Positions 47,182-58,241 are shown, numbered from the stretch's first letter. The stretch is DNA of 64,000 nucleotides from an uncultured virus (IMG/VR IMGVR_UViG_3300020182_000015) (IMGVR_UViG_3300020182_000015), one strand, 5' to 3'. Program-made: numbers and translations. Notes: a model not told the origin generated them from the letters alone.

Positions 47182-49371
47182 ATGGTACTTCCACTCACCG
47201 GACCAATTAGTTTACAAGCTATACAAGCAGAACATGGCGGCACTGCCCCGATTTCTCTTTCTGAATATTACAAAGGTGGGGGCGAGGTAGATGCCACACA
47301 ATCAAATAATGCGGCTATTCCCACCTCAGGTACAATAGACCTTGGTGATTTCCGTGGTTCGGGTAGTGGGGTAAATCCTGGTAGTGTAATTTTTACTTAT
47401 ACGGGTTCCGATCATTATTGGGATGTGCCAGCTGGCGTAACTAATATTGGTGTTATATTAGTTGGCGGCGGCGGTGGCGCTGGTTCCAATAAAAATGATT
47501 TTTGGGGCGGTGGCGGCGGTGGCGGTGGCGCATTTATAGCTACCCCAGATACGTCTTATATAAGTGTGACACCCGGAGATGTTTTAAAAATAGAAGTTGG
47601 TGCTGGTGGAAATGGTGCTGGATTAGACCTTAGCTCAGCAACAACAGGCGAAAATGGCGGAGACAGCATTATTTCTTCTGTTAATGTTGTTACTGATGCT
47701 ACTACAATAATTCGCAAAGTTGGTGGCGGGGCTGGTGGTGGATCTGGTGGTAGTTCCGGAGGAGCGGGCGGCAATCCTATTACATTTGCGAATGCTGATT
47801 TTAGAGGTTACGGGGGCGATGGCGGCACTGGGCGCCTTGATGCAGATTATGGCTATGGCGGCGGCGGCGGTGGCGCTGGTGGAGCAGCAATTGTTAGTAA
47901 TACAATTGGCTATGGTGGTAACGGAAATAGCACCGCCTATCAAAATGGTGGTGATGGCACTCGAGGCGGCGGCGGCGGAGGACAATATGATCCATATAAT
48001 GGTTCAACTTTTACTTTTATGCATAATGCTGGTGGTGGTGCCGGTGTTAATGGTACTGAGGGTCTTGCCGCTACTGGTAGGAATGGTTCATATATAACTG
48101 GTCTTGGCCAAACTGGTGTTAACACTGATGCAGGAAGAGCCGGCGGCGGATCTGGCGGCGGCCCCTCCCGAAGTTATGGTAGAGGCGGTTTATATGGCGG
48201 CGGCGGTGGTGGTTTAGACGATGATGATGTTCCATCAATTAATAGTACATATAATTATTATGAAGGCAGCGGCGGTGGTGGTGTTGTAAGAATATATTGG
48301 ACTGATGGGGATGGTAATACGTCTCGTTCGTGGCCAGCTACTAATATTTCTACTAGTAATGATTTTACTACTGAAACCTATTCAACCTCTGCTTCAACAT
48401 CAACAACGTATACTCCTCCAGCAGCAGGTGGTGGTGGCGGTAGTGGCGATCCTGGTCAAGGAGAATCTTCTACTGGTGAGGCTCGGTTTGTAGCAAGAAC
48501 TGGCGCATATACTTGGACAGTTCCGGAGGGTGTTACATCTATTAGTATGATTGCTGTTGGCGGTGGCGGTGGTGCTGGTGGTTCTGGCAGCAATTATTCT
48601 GGTGGCGGCGGAGGCGGCGGTGGGTTATCATATGTAAACAATTATGCTGTCACAGCGGGCACCACATATCGGGTTCGTCCTGGCCTTGGTGGGGTAGGTG
48701 GAACAGCTAATGGCGGTAATGGTGGATACGGAGTAGAATCTTATATTCGGATAGACTCCCCGCTTGAATATATTTTAGCGGCGCAAGGTGGTTTACGGGG
48801 TACTGGCGCAAATAGCTCGCCGGCCGGAACAGGCGGTAACGGTGGGGCTGGCGCTTCATATCGTAGTATTTCCGGACAATCTGGTGGTAATGGCGGCAAT
48901 GGCGGTGCAGGCCAATACAATGCTGGCGGTGGCGGTGGCGGTGGTGCTGGTGGATACACCGGTACTGGCGGCGCTGGTGGTACTGGGAATATGACAGCTG
49001 GACAAACAGGCGCTGGAGGCGGCGGTGGCGGTGGCGGTGGTACTGGAACCGATACACAACCAGATAACGCTGGTGGCGGTGTAGGTATATTTGGCTCTGG
49101 CGCTAATGGCAGTGGTGGAAGCGTTGCCAATCCCGGAAATGGTGGGTCAGGCGGTACTAACGGTTCTTCGGCCGGTGGCGGAGAATATGGCGGTGGCGGA
49201 GGCGCGCCAGAAGATGATAGCCCCACCAAGCCAGGATTGCCTGGTGGAGATGGTACAGTTAGAATAATTTGGCCCGGTAGTAGATCTTTCCCATCAACTA
49301 ATGTGGCAGCAGCAGACTCAACGACAATTACACGTTATAATGCGAATGGAACTACAACTGATTTATCTTAA
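47182..49371 (+). CDS. Glycine-rich fibre-tip adhesin-like protein with two polyglycine modules
   Basis: Follows the S74 fibre; N-terminal LPLTGPISLQAIQAEHGGTAPISLSEYY; two W.VP.GVT.I....VGGGGG...G.VRI.W modules. Confidence 0.75.
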   Translation: MVLPLTGPISLQAIQAEHGGTAPISLSEYYKGGGEVDATQSNNAAIPTSGTIDLGDFRGSGSGVNPGSVIFTYTGSDHYWDVPAGVTNIGVILVGGGGGAGSNKNDFWGGGGGGGGAFIATPDTSYISVTPGDVLKIEVGAGGNGAGLDLSSATTGENGGDSIISSVNVVTDATTIIRKVGGGAGGGSGGSSGGAGGNPITFANADFRGYGGDGGTGRLDADYGYGGGGGGAGGAAIVSNTIGYGGNGNSTAYQNGGDGTRGGGGGGQYDPYNGSTFTFMHNAGGGAGVNGTEGLAATGRNGSYITGLGQTGVNTDAGRAGGGSGGGPSRSYGRGGLYGGGGGGLDDDDVPSINSTYNYYEGSGGGGVVRIYWTDGDGNTSRSWPATNISTSNDFTTETYSTSASTSTTYTPPAAGGGGGSGDPGQGESSTGEARFVARTGAYTWTVPEGVTSISMIAVGGGGGAGGSGSNYSGGGGGGGGLSYVNNYAVTAGTTYRVRPGLGGVGGTANGGNGGYGVESYIRIDSPLEYILAAQGGLRGTGANSSPAGTGGNGGAGASYRSISGQSGGNGGNGGAGQYNAGGGGGGGAGGYTGTGGAGGTGNMTAGQTGAGGGGGGGGGTGTDTQPDNAGGGVGIFGSGANGSGGSVANPGNGGSGGTNGSSAGGGEYGGGGGAPEDDSPTKPGLPGGDGTVRIIWPGSRSFPSTNVAAADSTTITRYNANGTTTDLS

Positions 49372-49405
49372 ACTGATATTTTATATATTTACTGATAGCA
49401 AAAGA

Positions 49406-49413
49406 TATAAATA
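49406..49413 (+). promoter_or_regulatory. T4-type late promoter
   Basis: TATAAATA in the intergenic gap. Confidence 0.8.
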
Positions 49414-49450
49414 ATATCAAATGCGCAATTAAAAATGTGGAGAGCTATAC

Positions 49451-49798
49451 ATGGCTAGATACGAAGAAATTGAAATTGACCAAGGGAGTGATATTTCAAT
49501 TGAGCTGCATACTAATAATATAGATGGCTCTGTTAAAAATCTTACCAATGTGGCTATAGCATGTAAAATGAAAAAAACACATCGCAGCTCAATATCTACT
49601 GATTGGACCTGTGTTGTAAAAGAACCGGCTACCGCTGGAATTATTACTATGTCGCTTTCAAATGCTCAATCCGATGCATTGAAAGCCGGTAGATATGTAT
49701 ATGATGTTGAATTATCATATTTTGATAGTGATAATACACAGATTGTGGAAAGAATACTTGAAGGTCGTATGTCTGTAAACCCATCAGTTACAAAATAA
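49451..49798 (+). CDS. Small virion structural protein
   Basis: IDQGSD, AGIITMSLS..QS..LKAGRYVYDVE, RILEG...VNPSVT. Confidence 0.75.
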   Translation: MARYEEIEIDQGSDISIELHTNNIDGSVKNLTNVAIACKMKKTHRSSISTDWTCVVKEPATAGIITMSLSNAQSDALKAGRYVYDVELSYFDSDNTQIVERILEGRMSVNPSVTK

Positions 49799-49810
49799 AG
49801 GTATATTCAC

Positions 49811-52800
49811 GTGGTTACTAAAATAACAAAAATAATTGTAGGTGTACCATCTGGTAATATTTCCGCTGCAGCTGCTGGCAATGCTTCAACTTTGGGCGGT
49901 GAATCTAGTGGGTATTACACCGACTTTACTAATTTAAATAATGTTCCAACAATTTTAGATTCAAATGCAATTGTATCATTAATTTCATCAACACCATCCG
50001 GCTTTGATTCTAGTGATATTGCAGCTTTAATTGCGGCAACGGTTGATTCAAATTATGTTGGTATCCGATTAGATGACCAAATTCTACGATTTGTCAACAA
50101 AAGCCATATTGATGGTTTAGGTATTAATGCTGCGGAATTTAATGGCGAATCTGCTTCATATTATTTAGATTGGGCTAATTTAACAAACGTCCCGGTTGAA
50201 TTAGTAATGGAATCGGAATTAACTGCTGCTATTGACAGCGCTATTAATTCTGTGATTGGGCTAGCTCCCGACCAATTAAATACCCTAAATGAATTAGCAG
50301 AAGCAATTGGTGATGACGCCAATTTTGTTACTACTATTACAAATTTAACTAATACTAAACTTGATACTGCTCAAACAATTAATCTTATTGATAGTGCATA
50401 TGTCAGCGCAAGAATTGTTGCGGGTAGTACTTTTGATTCTGGTAATGCAATTGGTTTGATTGATAGCGCATATATTAATGCGAGAGTTGATCAGCCCCCG
50501 GTATTTAATTTTGATTCAGCAATACAAGATATTACAACTAATATTATTCCTCGTACTACTGAAGCAGTAGATCTTGGAACCAATACCCAAAGATTCAGAG
50601 ATTTATATTTAAGCGGCAATTCCATTATGATGGGAAGCCTAGTAATTTCTGATTCTGGTGGTACTCTTGTTATTAAAGATAATAGTGGTAATAAAGCCGC
50701 TATATCATTGGCAGCCACTACAACAAAAGAATTAATTGAAGAATTTAATTTATTCTATACGCGGGCCCGAGTTGATAGTGATTTTGATGCGCGCCTATTA
50801 ACAAAAACTACAGCAGATCTTGCTGAAGGCGATAATCTTTATTATACAACTGCTCGGGCAGATAGTGCTTTTGATGCAAGATTTGATTCATCTTTTGATG
50901 AAAGACTAGCTACTAAAACAACAACTAATATTGTTGAAGGTGATAATCTTTATTACACAAGAAGCAGATTTGATTCTGCATTAGGTGATACAGTATCTCA
51001 AGAAACAATTAGAAATTATTTTTCGGCTGCTGGTGATTTATCATATAATTCTGCATCCGGCGAATTTTCTTTTGATGTTGAACATGTTTATACCCAATCC
51101 AATTTTGATAGTGATTTTAATACTTCTCTTGATGCCGCGGCGATTGATGGTCTTGGACTAACCTATAATACTGTTAATAATACTTTAAGTATTGATAGTG
51201 CAGAATTTTCTGCAATGTTTACAACAGAAAATCTTCCGGAAGGAAACAATCTTTATTATACTAGCGCGCGCGTAGATAGTGATATTTTATCATTAGTAGA
51301 TGCACCGTATATTCAATCACAACAAGCAGTATTAGCTAATATTGCTGACCGTAATGCGGATGCTTTTGGTGGTGCTGGGGTAACAGTCACTGGGGATATT
51401 ATCCCAGATGGCGATACTTTATATAATTTGGGTTCACCCGATAGAAAATTTGCTAGTTTATATGTCGCTGGCGAAACAATTTATATTGGTAATTTGTCAA
51501 TTTCCGATGCTACGGGCGAATTTATAGTTAAATCCGTAGATTCGGCTGGTACCGAAACAACTATTTTAAAACAAGAAACGGGCGCAATTTATCTTAAAGA
51601 TTTTGTCATAGTTGATTCTGGTGAACAACTATTCTTGCGGAAATTAGATAGTGATAATGGACCAACAACAGATTTTGCAGATCTTGCGGTTGGGACTGCC
51701 ACACTTGCCGGTGCTCTAAGAGGCCCAAGTCAATTTGTAATTGATCCATATCCCTATGCCGTTGATTCGGGCGAAGTTATTATTCGTGGGAATTTACGAG
51801 TTGAAGGCACAACCACTACTATTAATTCGACTAATTTAAGTGTTAATGATAAACTAATTATAATTGCTGATAGCTCACCAGATGCAATTTCTGCAGATGG
51901 CGCTGGATTTTTAATTGATGGTGCAGGTGCATCTTTAACATATAATGCAAGCTTAGACAAATTTATATTTAATAAAGGTGTTGTTGCGCCAACCTTTACT
52001 GGGCAATATGTAGGATTTGATTCGGATTTTGATTCTGCACTAAGCACTAAATCAACTACTGATCTTGCTGAAGGCGATAATCTTTATTATACCGCGGGTC
52101 GTGTAGATAGTGATATTTTATCACTGGTTGATGCTACATATATTAGAGCACGTCAAGCTGATATCTTCAGAGACTCCGCATTTATTTTAAATGTAATTGA
52201 TTCTGATTTTGTTAATTCGAAGGTTGCTATTCCTTCTGGATCGACCACTACTTTAGGTGCTCCGGTTGATGGAAGCATAAATGATGGCGCATTTACTGGT
52301 TTTGATATTACTAAACCAGTAGTTGAAGCAATTGATCATTTAAATGAAGCTTTAAACAATGTGCGAAATAATACATTTGTAAGATCTGTATCATTTACTG
52401 GTTCGCCAACAGCCGGCGGCGCCGGAACAAATGTTACCTTAAATTTAAATGTTGACGGAACACCAAACAGATATGATGTTTATTGGGGCGACGGATCAGT
52501 TGATTCTGCTACTAGCGATGCTACACCATCACATGTCTATTCAACAAATGTGGGTTCTCCATATACGGTAACAGTTAGAGCATATAATAACGGTGGATAT
52601 GGCTCTGGTATGGAAGCATCTTCAACGTTAGAAGACTATATTATTATCTATACTGCCGATCCATCAGTTGCATTTAGATTATATAAGGATGCTGTTGGTG
52701 GGTCTCCGTTAAGTGGCAATAATTTATATGTCATTGAAGGCGGTTCACTATATCTTGAAAATATTACAACCAATACTACAAGCGCTGATGTTACCTATAC

Positions 52801-54610
52801 TATGAATTGGGCAGATGGCAATGTAGATACTATTGCATCTGACATTGCAGATGGTGGCGTAAATGGTAATAGGTTGCTACATCAATGGCAAGCTGGTAGT
52901 AATAGTGGAAGCGCTTTAGATGCTTTAACATTAACATTAACTTCACATACTACCGCATTGCCGTCATCTATTCCAACATCTGGCGCAATATCATTAAAAG
53001 TATATGATGATAATCCAGCTAGCCCACAGACATTAGCAAATAAAACTATTGCTTTGAATGGACAGGACGCAAAACTTGCTGCTAACGTTACAAATAATAC
53101 AAGCACTACTACAATTACGGCTGGCGCAAATATAGAGCGATTTATATCTTCTAATGCCACAACAACAACAACTTCTACTTTTGCTTATAATAATAAATCT
53201 GGATATTTGGTTGCATATATTAACGATGCATCAGATGGTGGCGCTGATATGTCGGCCCCAATTAATAATGCTGATAACGGGGCATTGGTAATTACTGATT
53301 CAAGTGATTTTAATTTATTGTCAAGTACTGGATCTCCGATTTCTTTTAATTCTAGTATATATTATCCAAAACTATTTGATGGGTTTATAGCAAGAATTAC
53401 TAAACCAGTTGCTGATTTGCCAACCGGTATTAATAATATGTTTATTAAACACGAAGGTGTTGGTCAAACAAATACCGTTACATTAGTAAAAGATGATTTA
53501 ACAGTAGCGCCATCAATTTCTACGGTCGGTAATATTACCGAAACTGCAGCCGGGACATTAAAATATATTTCCGGAATTCCTTATTATACAACTAATGCTA
53601 CCCTTGCTTTAAGCGGTACAGCAATTTCTAATCTTATTGGTCAAACATATACTGATCTTTCTGACGTAGTTAGTATTACTTCTGGTACAAATTTAGAAGG
53701 AACATCTAATTCTGTTATATCAACACAAAACTATAATTATTCTGGAATTGATGGCGCAGTAACAATGTTAAGTGGAGGTGTACCAATTAAAGAAACCGGT
53801 GTTGCTTCTCCATATTCAATTGGTTCATTAAGCTTTACGGTTGGCCCAAATAATGTCCGTGCAGTTGAAACTTTAAAAATAAGAGCACGTAATATTAATG
53901 GGACTAGCTCTTATAGCAATTTAACCGAAAATATTCAAGTATATTCTGGGTCAATATCTGGTATTGATGAAACAAATCTTTCAGTTGGTGCAATTGGTGG
54001 AACATATAGCGATAATGCAATAAGAATTTTTGATTTTTCAAGTGCAACTACTGATACCCCAACGATTCCAACAGCTACAAATTTCTATACAAATAATACA
54101 TATTCACAAAACGCTGATCCTGGTGTTGCGGGTACATTAGAAGCAACAGTCAGGTGGGGTAACATTACTAATAATGCAGTAGACTACTCCACATATCTGC
54201 CGGCTGGACCGGATAGATCTAATGATACCGGCGATCAATATTTTACATTTGCATTCAGACGAACCGCAATATCAAATTTTAATATAAATATTAATGCTAG
54301 TAATGGTATTAGTGGGCTTTATATTGCGGCGCCAGGCACACAAATAGATAATACCTCAACAATTAATGGATGGCTAGATGCTAGCACTTCATATGAGGGT
54401 GCCGGAATTCCGGGAGCGGGAGCGGGCGGTAATGGGGCTAATGGTTGTACTGTCGGCACATTACCTCCAATTAATGGTACTGCTATTACTAATGGAGTAT
54501 TTACCACTACATTAGGAACTGAAAGTTTAACTAATGCTACAAATAATGTTGCATTGGTTAGAATCAAATTATCAAGCGGTCAAACCATATCTTCATTAAG
54601 CATATCGTAA
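49811..54610 (+). CDS. Large fibre-like protein: DS-rich repetitive N-half, PKD-like/beta-rich C-half
   Basis: LAEGDNLYYT repeats, LNTLNELAEAIGDD, VYWGDGS...SHVY PKD-like motif; GTG start. Confidence 0.78.
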   Translation: MVTKITKIIVGVPSGNISAAAAGNASTLGGESSGYYTDFTNLNNVPTILDSNAIVSLISSTPSGFDSSDIAALIAATVDSNYVGIRLDDQILRFVNKSHIDGLGINAAEFNGESASYYLDWANLTNVPVELVMESELTAAIDSAINSVIGLAPDQLNTLNELAEAIGDDANFVTTITNLTNTKLDTAQTINLIDSAYVSARIVAGSTFDSGNAIGLIDSAYINARVDQPPVFNFDSAIQDITTNIIPRTTEAVDLGTNTQRFRDLYLSGNSIMMGSLVISDSGGTLVIKDNSGNKAAISLAATTTKELIEEFNLFYTRARVDSDFDARLLTKTTADLAEGDNLYYTTARADSAFDARFDSSFDERLATKTTTNIVEGDNLYYTRSRFDSALGDTVSQETIRNYFSAAGDLSYNSASGEFSFDVEHVYTQSNFDSDFNTSLDAAAIDGLGLTYNTVNNTLSIDSAEFSAMFTTENLPEGNNLYYTSARVDSDILSLVDAPYIQSQQAVLANIADRNADAFGGAGVTVTGDIIPDGDTLYNLGSPDRKFASLYVAGETIYIGNLSISDATGEFIVKSVDSAGTETTILKQETGAIYLKDFVIVDSGEQLFLRKLDSDNGPTTDFADLAVGTATLAGALRGPSQFVIDPYPYAVDSGEVIIRGNLRVEGTTTTINSTNLSVNDKLIIIADSSPDAISADGAGFLIDGAGASLTYNASLDKFIFNKGVVAPTFTGQYVGFDSDFDSALSTKSTTDLAEGDNLYYTAGRVDSDILSLVDATYIRARQADIFRDSAFILNVIDSDFVNSKVAIPSGSTTTLGAPVDGSINDGAFTGFDITKPVVEAIDHLNEALNNVRNNTFVRSVSFTGSPTAGGAGTNVTLNLNVDGTPNRYDVYWGDGSVDSATSDATPSHVYSTNVGSPYTVTVRAYNNGGYGSGMEASSTLEDYIIIYTADPSVAFRLYKDAVGGSPLSGNNLYVIEGGSLYLENITTNTTSADVTYTMNWADGNVDTIASDIADGGVNGNRLLHQWQAGSNSGSALDALTLTLTSHTTALPSSIPTSGAISLKVYDDNPASPQTLANKTIALNGQDAKLAANVTNNTSTTTITAGANIERFISSNATTTTTSTFAYNNKSGYLVAYINDASDGGADMSAPINNADNGALVITDSSDFNLLSSTGSPISFNSSIYYPKLFDGFIARITKPVADLPTGINNMFIKHEGVGQTNTVTLVKDDLTVAPSISTVGNITETAAGTLKYISGIPYYTTNATLALSGTAISNLIGQTYTDLSDVVSITSGTNLEGTSNSVISTQNYNYSGIDGAVTMLSGGVPIKETGVASPYSIGSLSFTVGPNNVRAVETLKIRARNINGTSSYSNLTENIQVYSGSISGIDETNLSVGAIGGTYSDNAIRIFDFSSATTDTPTIPTATNFYTNNTYSQNADPGVAGTLEATVRWGNITNNAVDYSTYLPAGPDRSNDTGDQYFTFAFRRTAISNFNININASNGISGLYIAAPGTQIDNTSTINGWLDASTSYEGAGIPGAGAGGNGANGCTVGTLPPINGTAITNGVFTTTLGTESLTNATNNVALVRIKLSSGQTISSLSIS

Positions 54611-54623
54611 CAGGAAAAAATAA

Positions 54624-55538
54624 ATGGCAATTTCTGACAATCAAAAAGTCGATTTTCTTTGGAAGAAGGTTGGATATGGCGTAGCCAAAACCGATCAAAA
54701 TAGTATTAAAGCCGCTCCCAATGAAGCACTTTCATCACCTATGTTAATTAGAGGTGATCAAATTTGGGCGTATTCAGAGTTAATTCCCCAAGTGTTTCCG
54801 GCAGATACAACATTATATGTAGAAATATATGATGATAGCGCTAATGGCGAAAGTGCTGTTGAAGCCGTTGAGGATAATACCTCTACCGCTAATAGAACCT
54901 GGAAAACAAATTTAGAAAACTGGATCCCGGTTGAATTTGGGGCGGCTTATCAAGTAAAAGTATATGCTGCTCCATCCGGAACATCCAACCCACAAACAAG
55001 CGGAACTCGATTATTTGCCGCCGGCTCCGGTAATAATGATGAATGGTTTTTTGATTATAAGGCTGGTATTTTAAATTTTATTGGCAGCAATCTTCCGACT
55101 TCAGTAAATGGTACAAATGTTATATACATTTGTGGCGGCCGATATATTGGCCCAACTGGTAGAATAGGATTAGTCGGAGATGGGCTAGATTCCGCAGAGG
55201 TTGAAAATAGTGTAAGCGGACTTTTGGTTGGAACATCAGAAGATTTAACAACAACTACTATTAATCAAGTTGTTGATACGTTCAATAAAACCGAATATAG
55301 AACAGCAAAATATATTGTTCAAATTGAACATGACGACAATGCCAAATATCATTCTACGGAATTACTTCTTACTCATAATAATACAGAAGTATATTTTACG
55401 GAATATGCTTCCGTAACAACTGACTCGGACTTAGGGTTATTTTCGGCATCTCTTGTTGGAAATAATGTAAGTCTTTTATTTACACCACATTATACAAACA
55501 CTAGTATAAAATCTAGAAGAATTAATATAAATTCTTAA
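54624..55538 (+). CDS. Virion structural protein
   Basis: QKVDFLWKK, EWFFDYKAGIL, DTFNKTEYRTAKY.VQ...ELLLTH; late operon context. Confidence 0.7.
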   Translation: MAISDNQKVDFLWKKVGYGVAKTDQNSIKAAPNEALSSPMLIRGDQIWAYSELIPQVFPADTTLYVEIYDDSANGESAVEAVEDNTSTANRTWKTNLENWIPVEFGAAYQVKVYAAPSGTSNPQTSGTRLFAAGSGNNDEWFFDYKAGILNFIGSNLPTSVNGTNVIYICGGRYIGPTGRIGLVGDGLDSAEVENSVSGLLVGTSEDLTTTTINQVVDTFNKTEYRTAKYIVQIEHDDNAKYHSTELLLTHNNTEVYFTEYASVTTDSDLGLFSASLVGNNVSLLFTPHYTNTSIKSRRININS

Positions 55539-55557
55539 ATTTTGAAAGAAGAATTTA

Positions 55558-55565
55558 TATAAATA
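55558..55565 (+). promoter_or_regulatory. T4-type late promoter
   Basis: TATAAATA in the intergenic gap. Confidence 0.8.
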
Positions 55566-55603
55566 ACCATATAATCATGGAACGCCAAAGGAGCGCGCAC
55601 TAG

Positions 55604-55912
55604 ATGGCTGTCAATCAAAATTTCAAGGTAAAAAAAGGCCTTGAGGTTCAAGACTCTGCAATAATAGGTGGGGGATTAACTGTAAATGGAATTTCATATC
55701 CTAATATTGACGGTCTTTTTAATGATGTCATCAAAACTGATGGTAGTGGCAATCTTGTTTTTGGTAAGTTGAGCATCAATGACTTATCTGATGTAAATCT
55801 TCTAAGCTTAAAAGACGGCGGCCTGCTAATTTACGATTCTGATCAAAGTAAATGGGTTGCTAATACAGAACTTAACAACAATTCTCAACGTATTAACGGA
55901 GGCCAATACTAA
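55604..55912 (+). CDS. Short fibre-like structural protein
   Basis: FKVKKGL, KTDGSGNL.F, LSDV....DG.LL.YD....W; AAGGAG RBS. Confidence 0.72.
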   Translation: MAVNQNFKVKKGLEVQDSAIIGGGLTVNGISYPNIDGLFNDVIKTDGSGNLVFGKLSINDLSDVNLLSLKDGGLLIYDSDQSKWVANTELNNNSQRINGGQY

Positions 55913-58116
55913 TGGCAGCAATATTAATTAAACGTTCCACGGGTGTTGCGGCGCCATCTAGTTTGAAAACTGGTGAACTCGCATACTCATACGGGACAGG
56001 AACCCAGGCCAATCTGGGTGATAGACTATTCTTTGGCAAGGGCGACGATGGGGCTGGCAATGCTACCTCCGTTGTAGTTATTGGCGGTGAATATTTTGCA
56101 TCGATGCTCGACCATGTTCCCGGAACATTAACAGCATCCTCAGCTATTCTTGTCGATGCTAATTCTAAAATCGATAAATTACTTGTTGACAATATCACTA
56201 TCGGTGATACTGATGCGCAAACAATTAGCACATCTTCCGGAGATTTGGTATTATCCGCTACCGGTAATGTACAACTTGGCTCTACTTTAGATGCTAATAA
56301 TAATGCAATTACTAATGTACCAACACCATCAGCGGCTTCGCATGCTGCAAACAAGCAGTATGTTGATGACCAAATTGGTGGGGCTGTTGGCCTTACTATT
56401 AATGGTGATACTGGTACCGATACCATTAACCTTGCAGATTCGGATTTCACCGTTACTGGTGGAACTGGTCTTACAACTGTAGCATCAAATAATCAAGTAA
56501 CTATTAGTCTTGATAATACTGCAGTTACTCCTGGTAGTTATGGTAGTGCAACAGATATTCCAACATTTACTGTTGATGCACAAGGCCGGATCACTGCAGC
56601 AGGTACTGTAGATTTAGCTAGTATTACTGTTGATTCAGCAGAAGTTCAAGCGATTGTGGATGCAACCTTTACTGCAAACTCAAGCGATGATCTTTCTGAA
56701 GGTACAACAAATCTTTATTATACCTCTGCTCGTGCAGATTCTGATGCAAAAAATGCTCTTGTTGGTGGTACTGGTATTACATACAACTCCAATACCGGAG
56801 CGATCTCTGCAGACCTTAATGCAATTGACCATGATTCACTACTAAATTTTGTAGCCAATGAACACATTGATCACTCTTCAGTTTCAATTACTGGCGGCAA
56901 TGGTTTAACTGGTGGCGGCGATATTACCACCTCTAGAACACTTAATGTTGGGGCTGGTACTGGTATTACAGTAAATGCGGATAACGTTGCTGTTGATATG
57001 AGTGCATTTACTACAACCAATCTTGCTGAAGGTAATAATCTTTATTATACCCCAGCTCGTGCGGATTCCGATGCAAGAAATGCAATAACTGTAACTGATA
57101 ACGCCGACTTTGGCGGATTAACTTATAATCCTGCTGATGGTACGTTTACATACACCAGTATTACTCCAGCAGAGCTTGCGGCAAGTGCTGTTTCAGCTGG
57201 TACAGGTGTTACCGTTGTCGCTGGTGAAGTAAGCATTGGTCAAGCAGTTGAAACAACTTCTAATGTAACTTTTGCTGACATTACTGCTACTGGTGATCTT
57301 GTTGTAGGTGGAAGCCTTCAAGTTGATGGTACATTAACATATATTGATACACAGACACTTTCTGTTTCTGACAACATGATCTATCTCAATGGTGGAGAAT
57401 CTGACGGTTCACCAACAGCATCTATTGATTTAGGTTGGGCTGGCAACTATAATGAGGGTGGTTCATACGCCCACACTGGTTTCTTCCGTGACGCAACAGA
57501 CCAAACGTTCAAAATTTATCAAGGTTATACCCCAGAACCAGATGCTGCAACTCAAATTGATACATCACACGCATCATTTGCACTTGCTGATTTCCAAGCA
57601 GCAACAATTACTGCAGAATCTTTTGTCGGTAATTATGCTGGCTTTGATTCCGACTTTAATGGCAAATCTACAAGTGATTTAAGCGAAGGTTCTAACCTTT
57701 ACTATACAGATACTCGTGTAGATGACTTGCTCCAAACTATGTTGGTTGCCGGTGAAGGTGTTACAATCACTAATGGCGTTGGCACTTATACAATTGCTGG
57801 TGAAGATGCATCTGATACAAATAAAGGTATTGCAAGCTTTGATGCTACACACTTTACTGTAACTTCTGGTGCGGTAGCATTAAATGACATTACACTTACT
57901 GCTGGAGATGCCTCCACACTCGGCGTTGCGGCTGGTGAAGGTTTAACCATTAATGGTGACGGAATTATCACTACGGCAATTTCCGGAAGTGTAATGACGG
58001 TATCTGTTCAAGATGCAACAACTACTGCAAAAGGTGTTGCAAGCTTTGATTCTACTCAGTTTACTGTAACTTCTGGTGCGGTAGCATTAAATACTGTTGA
58101 TGGTGGAACATATTAA
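55912..58116 (+). CDS. Tail fibre-like protein
   Basis: IKRSTGVAAPSSLKTGELAYS N-terminus, GSYGSAT.IP.FTVDAQGRITAA, LSEG.NLYYT repeats, C-terminal DGGTY. Confidence 0.8.
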   Translation: MAAILIKRSTGVAAPSSLKTGELAYSYGTGTQANLGDRLFFGKGDDGAGNATSVVVIGGEYFASMLDHVPGTLTASSAILVDANSKIDKLLVDNITIGDTDAQTISTSSGDLVLSATGNVQLGSTLDANNNAITNVPTPSAASHAANKQYVDDQIGGAVGLTINGDTGTDTINLADSDFTVTGGTGLTTVASNNQVTISLDNTAVTPGSYGSATDIPTFTVDAQGRITAAGTVDLASITVDSAEVQAIVDATFTANSSDDLSEGTTNLYYTSARADSDAKNALVGGTGITYNSNTGAISADLNAIDHDSLLNFVANEHIDHSSVSITGGNGLTGGGDITTSRTLNVGAGTGITVNADNVAVDMSAFTTTNLAEGNNLYYTPARADSDARNAITVTDNADFGGLTYNPADGTFTYTSITPAELAASAVSAGTGVTVVAGEVSIGQAVETTSNVTFADITATGDLVVGGSLQVDGTLTYIDTQTLSVSDNMIYLNGGESDGSPTASIDLGWAGNYNEGGSYAHTGFFRDATDQTFKIYQGYTPEPDAATQIDTSHASFALADFQAATITAESFVGNYAGFDSDFNGKSTSDLSEGSNLYYTDTRVDDLLQTMLVAGEGVTITNGVGTYTIAGEDASDTNKGIASFDATHFTVTSGAVALNDITLTAGDASTLGVAAGEGLTINGDGIITTAISGSVMTVSVQDATTTAKGVASFDSTQFTVTSGAVALNTVDGGTY

Positions 58117-58127
58117 GTTTTAACTTG

Positions 58128-58170
58128 TATAAATAAATTTAAGGTCAGGGGATAAAATATTCCCTGACCT
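58128..58170 (+). promoter_or_regulatory. Late promoter (58128-58135) immediately followed by a strong hairpin (58142-58170)
   Basis: TATAAATA, then AGGTCAGGGGATA-AAA-TATTCCCTGACCT. Confidence 0.75.
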
Positions 58171-58241
58171 CAGCTAATAAATTTTTATTTTTAGCTATAT
58201 TAAAAATTAAATAATAAACCTTTTTTAAGGAATTGAAATAG

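Noticed and set aside
47556..49229. Pro-rich minus-strand ORFs and locally high GC suggesting a foreign insert
   Set aside because: Both follow from the GGN codons of the polyglycine protein on the plus strand
55893..56450. 185 aa minus-strand ORF and other short antisense ORFs inside structural genes
   Set aside because: Entirely antisense to well-supported genes, with no RBS, promoter or recognisable motifs
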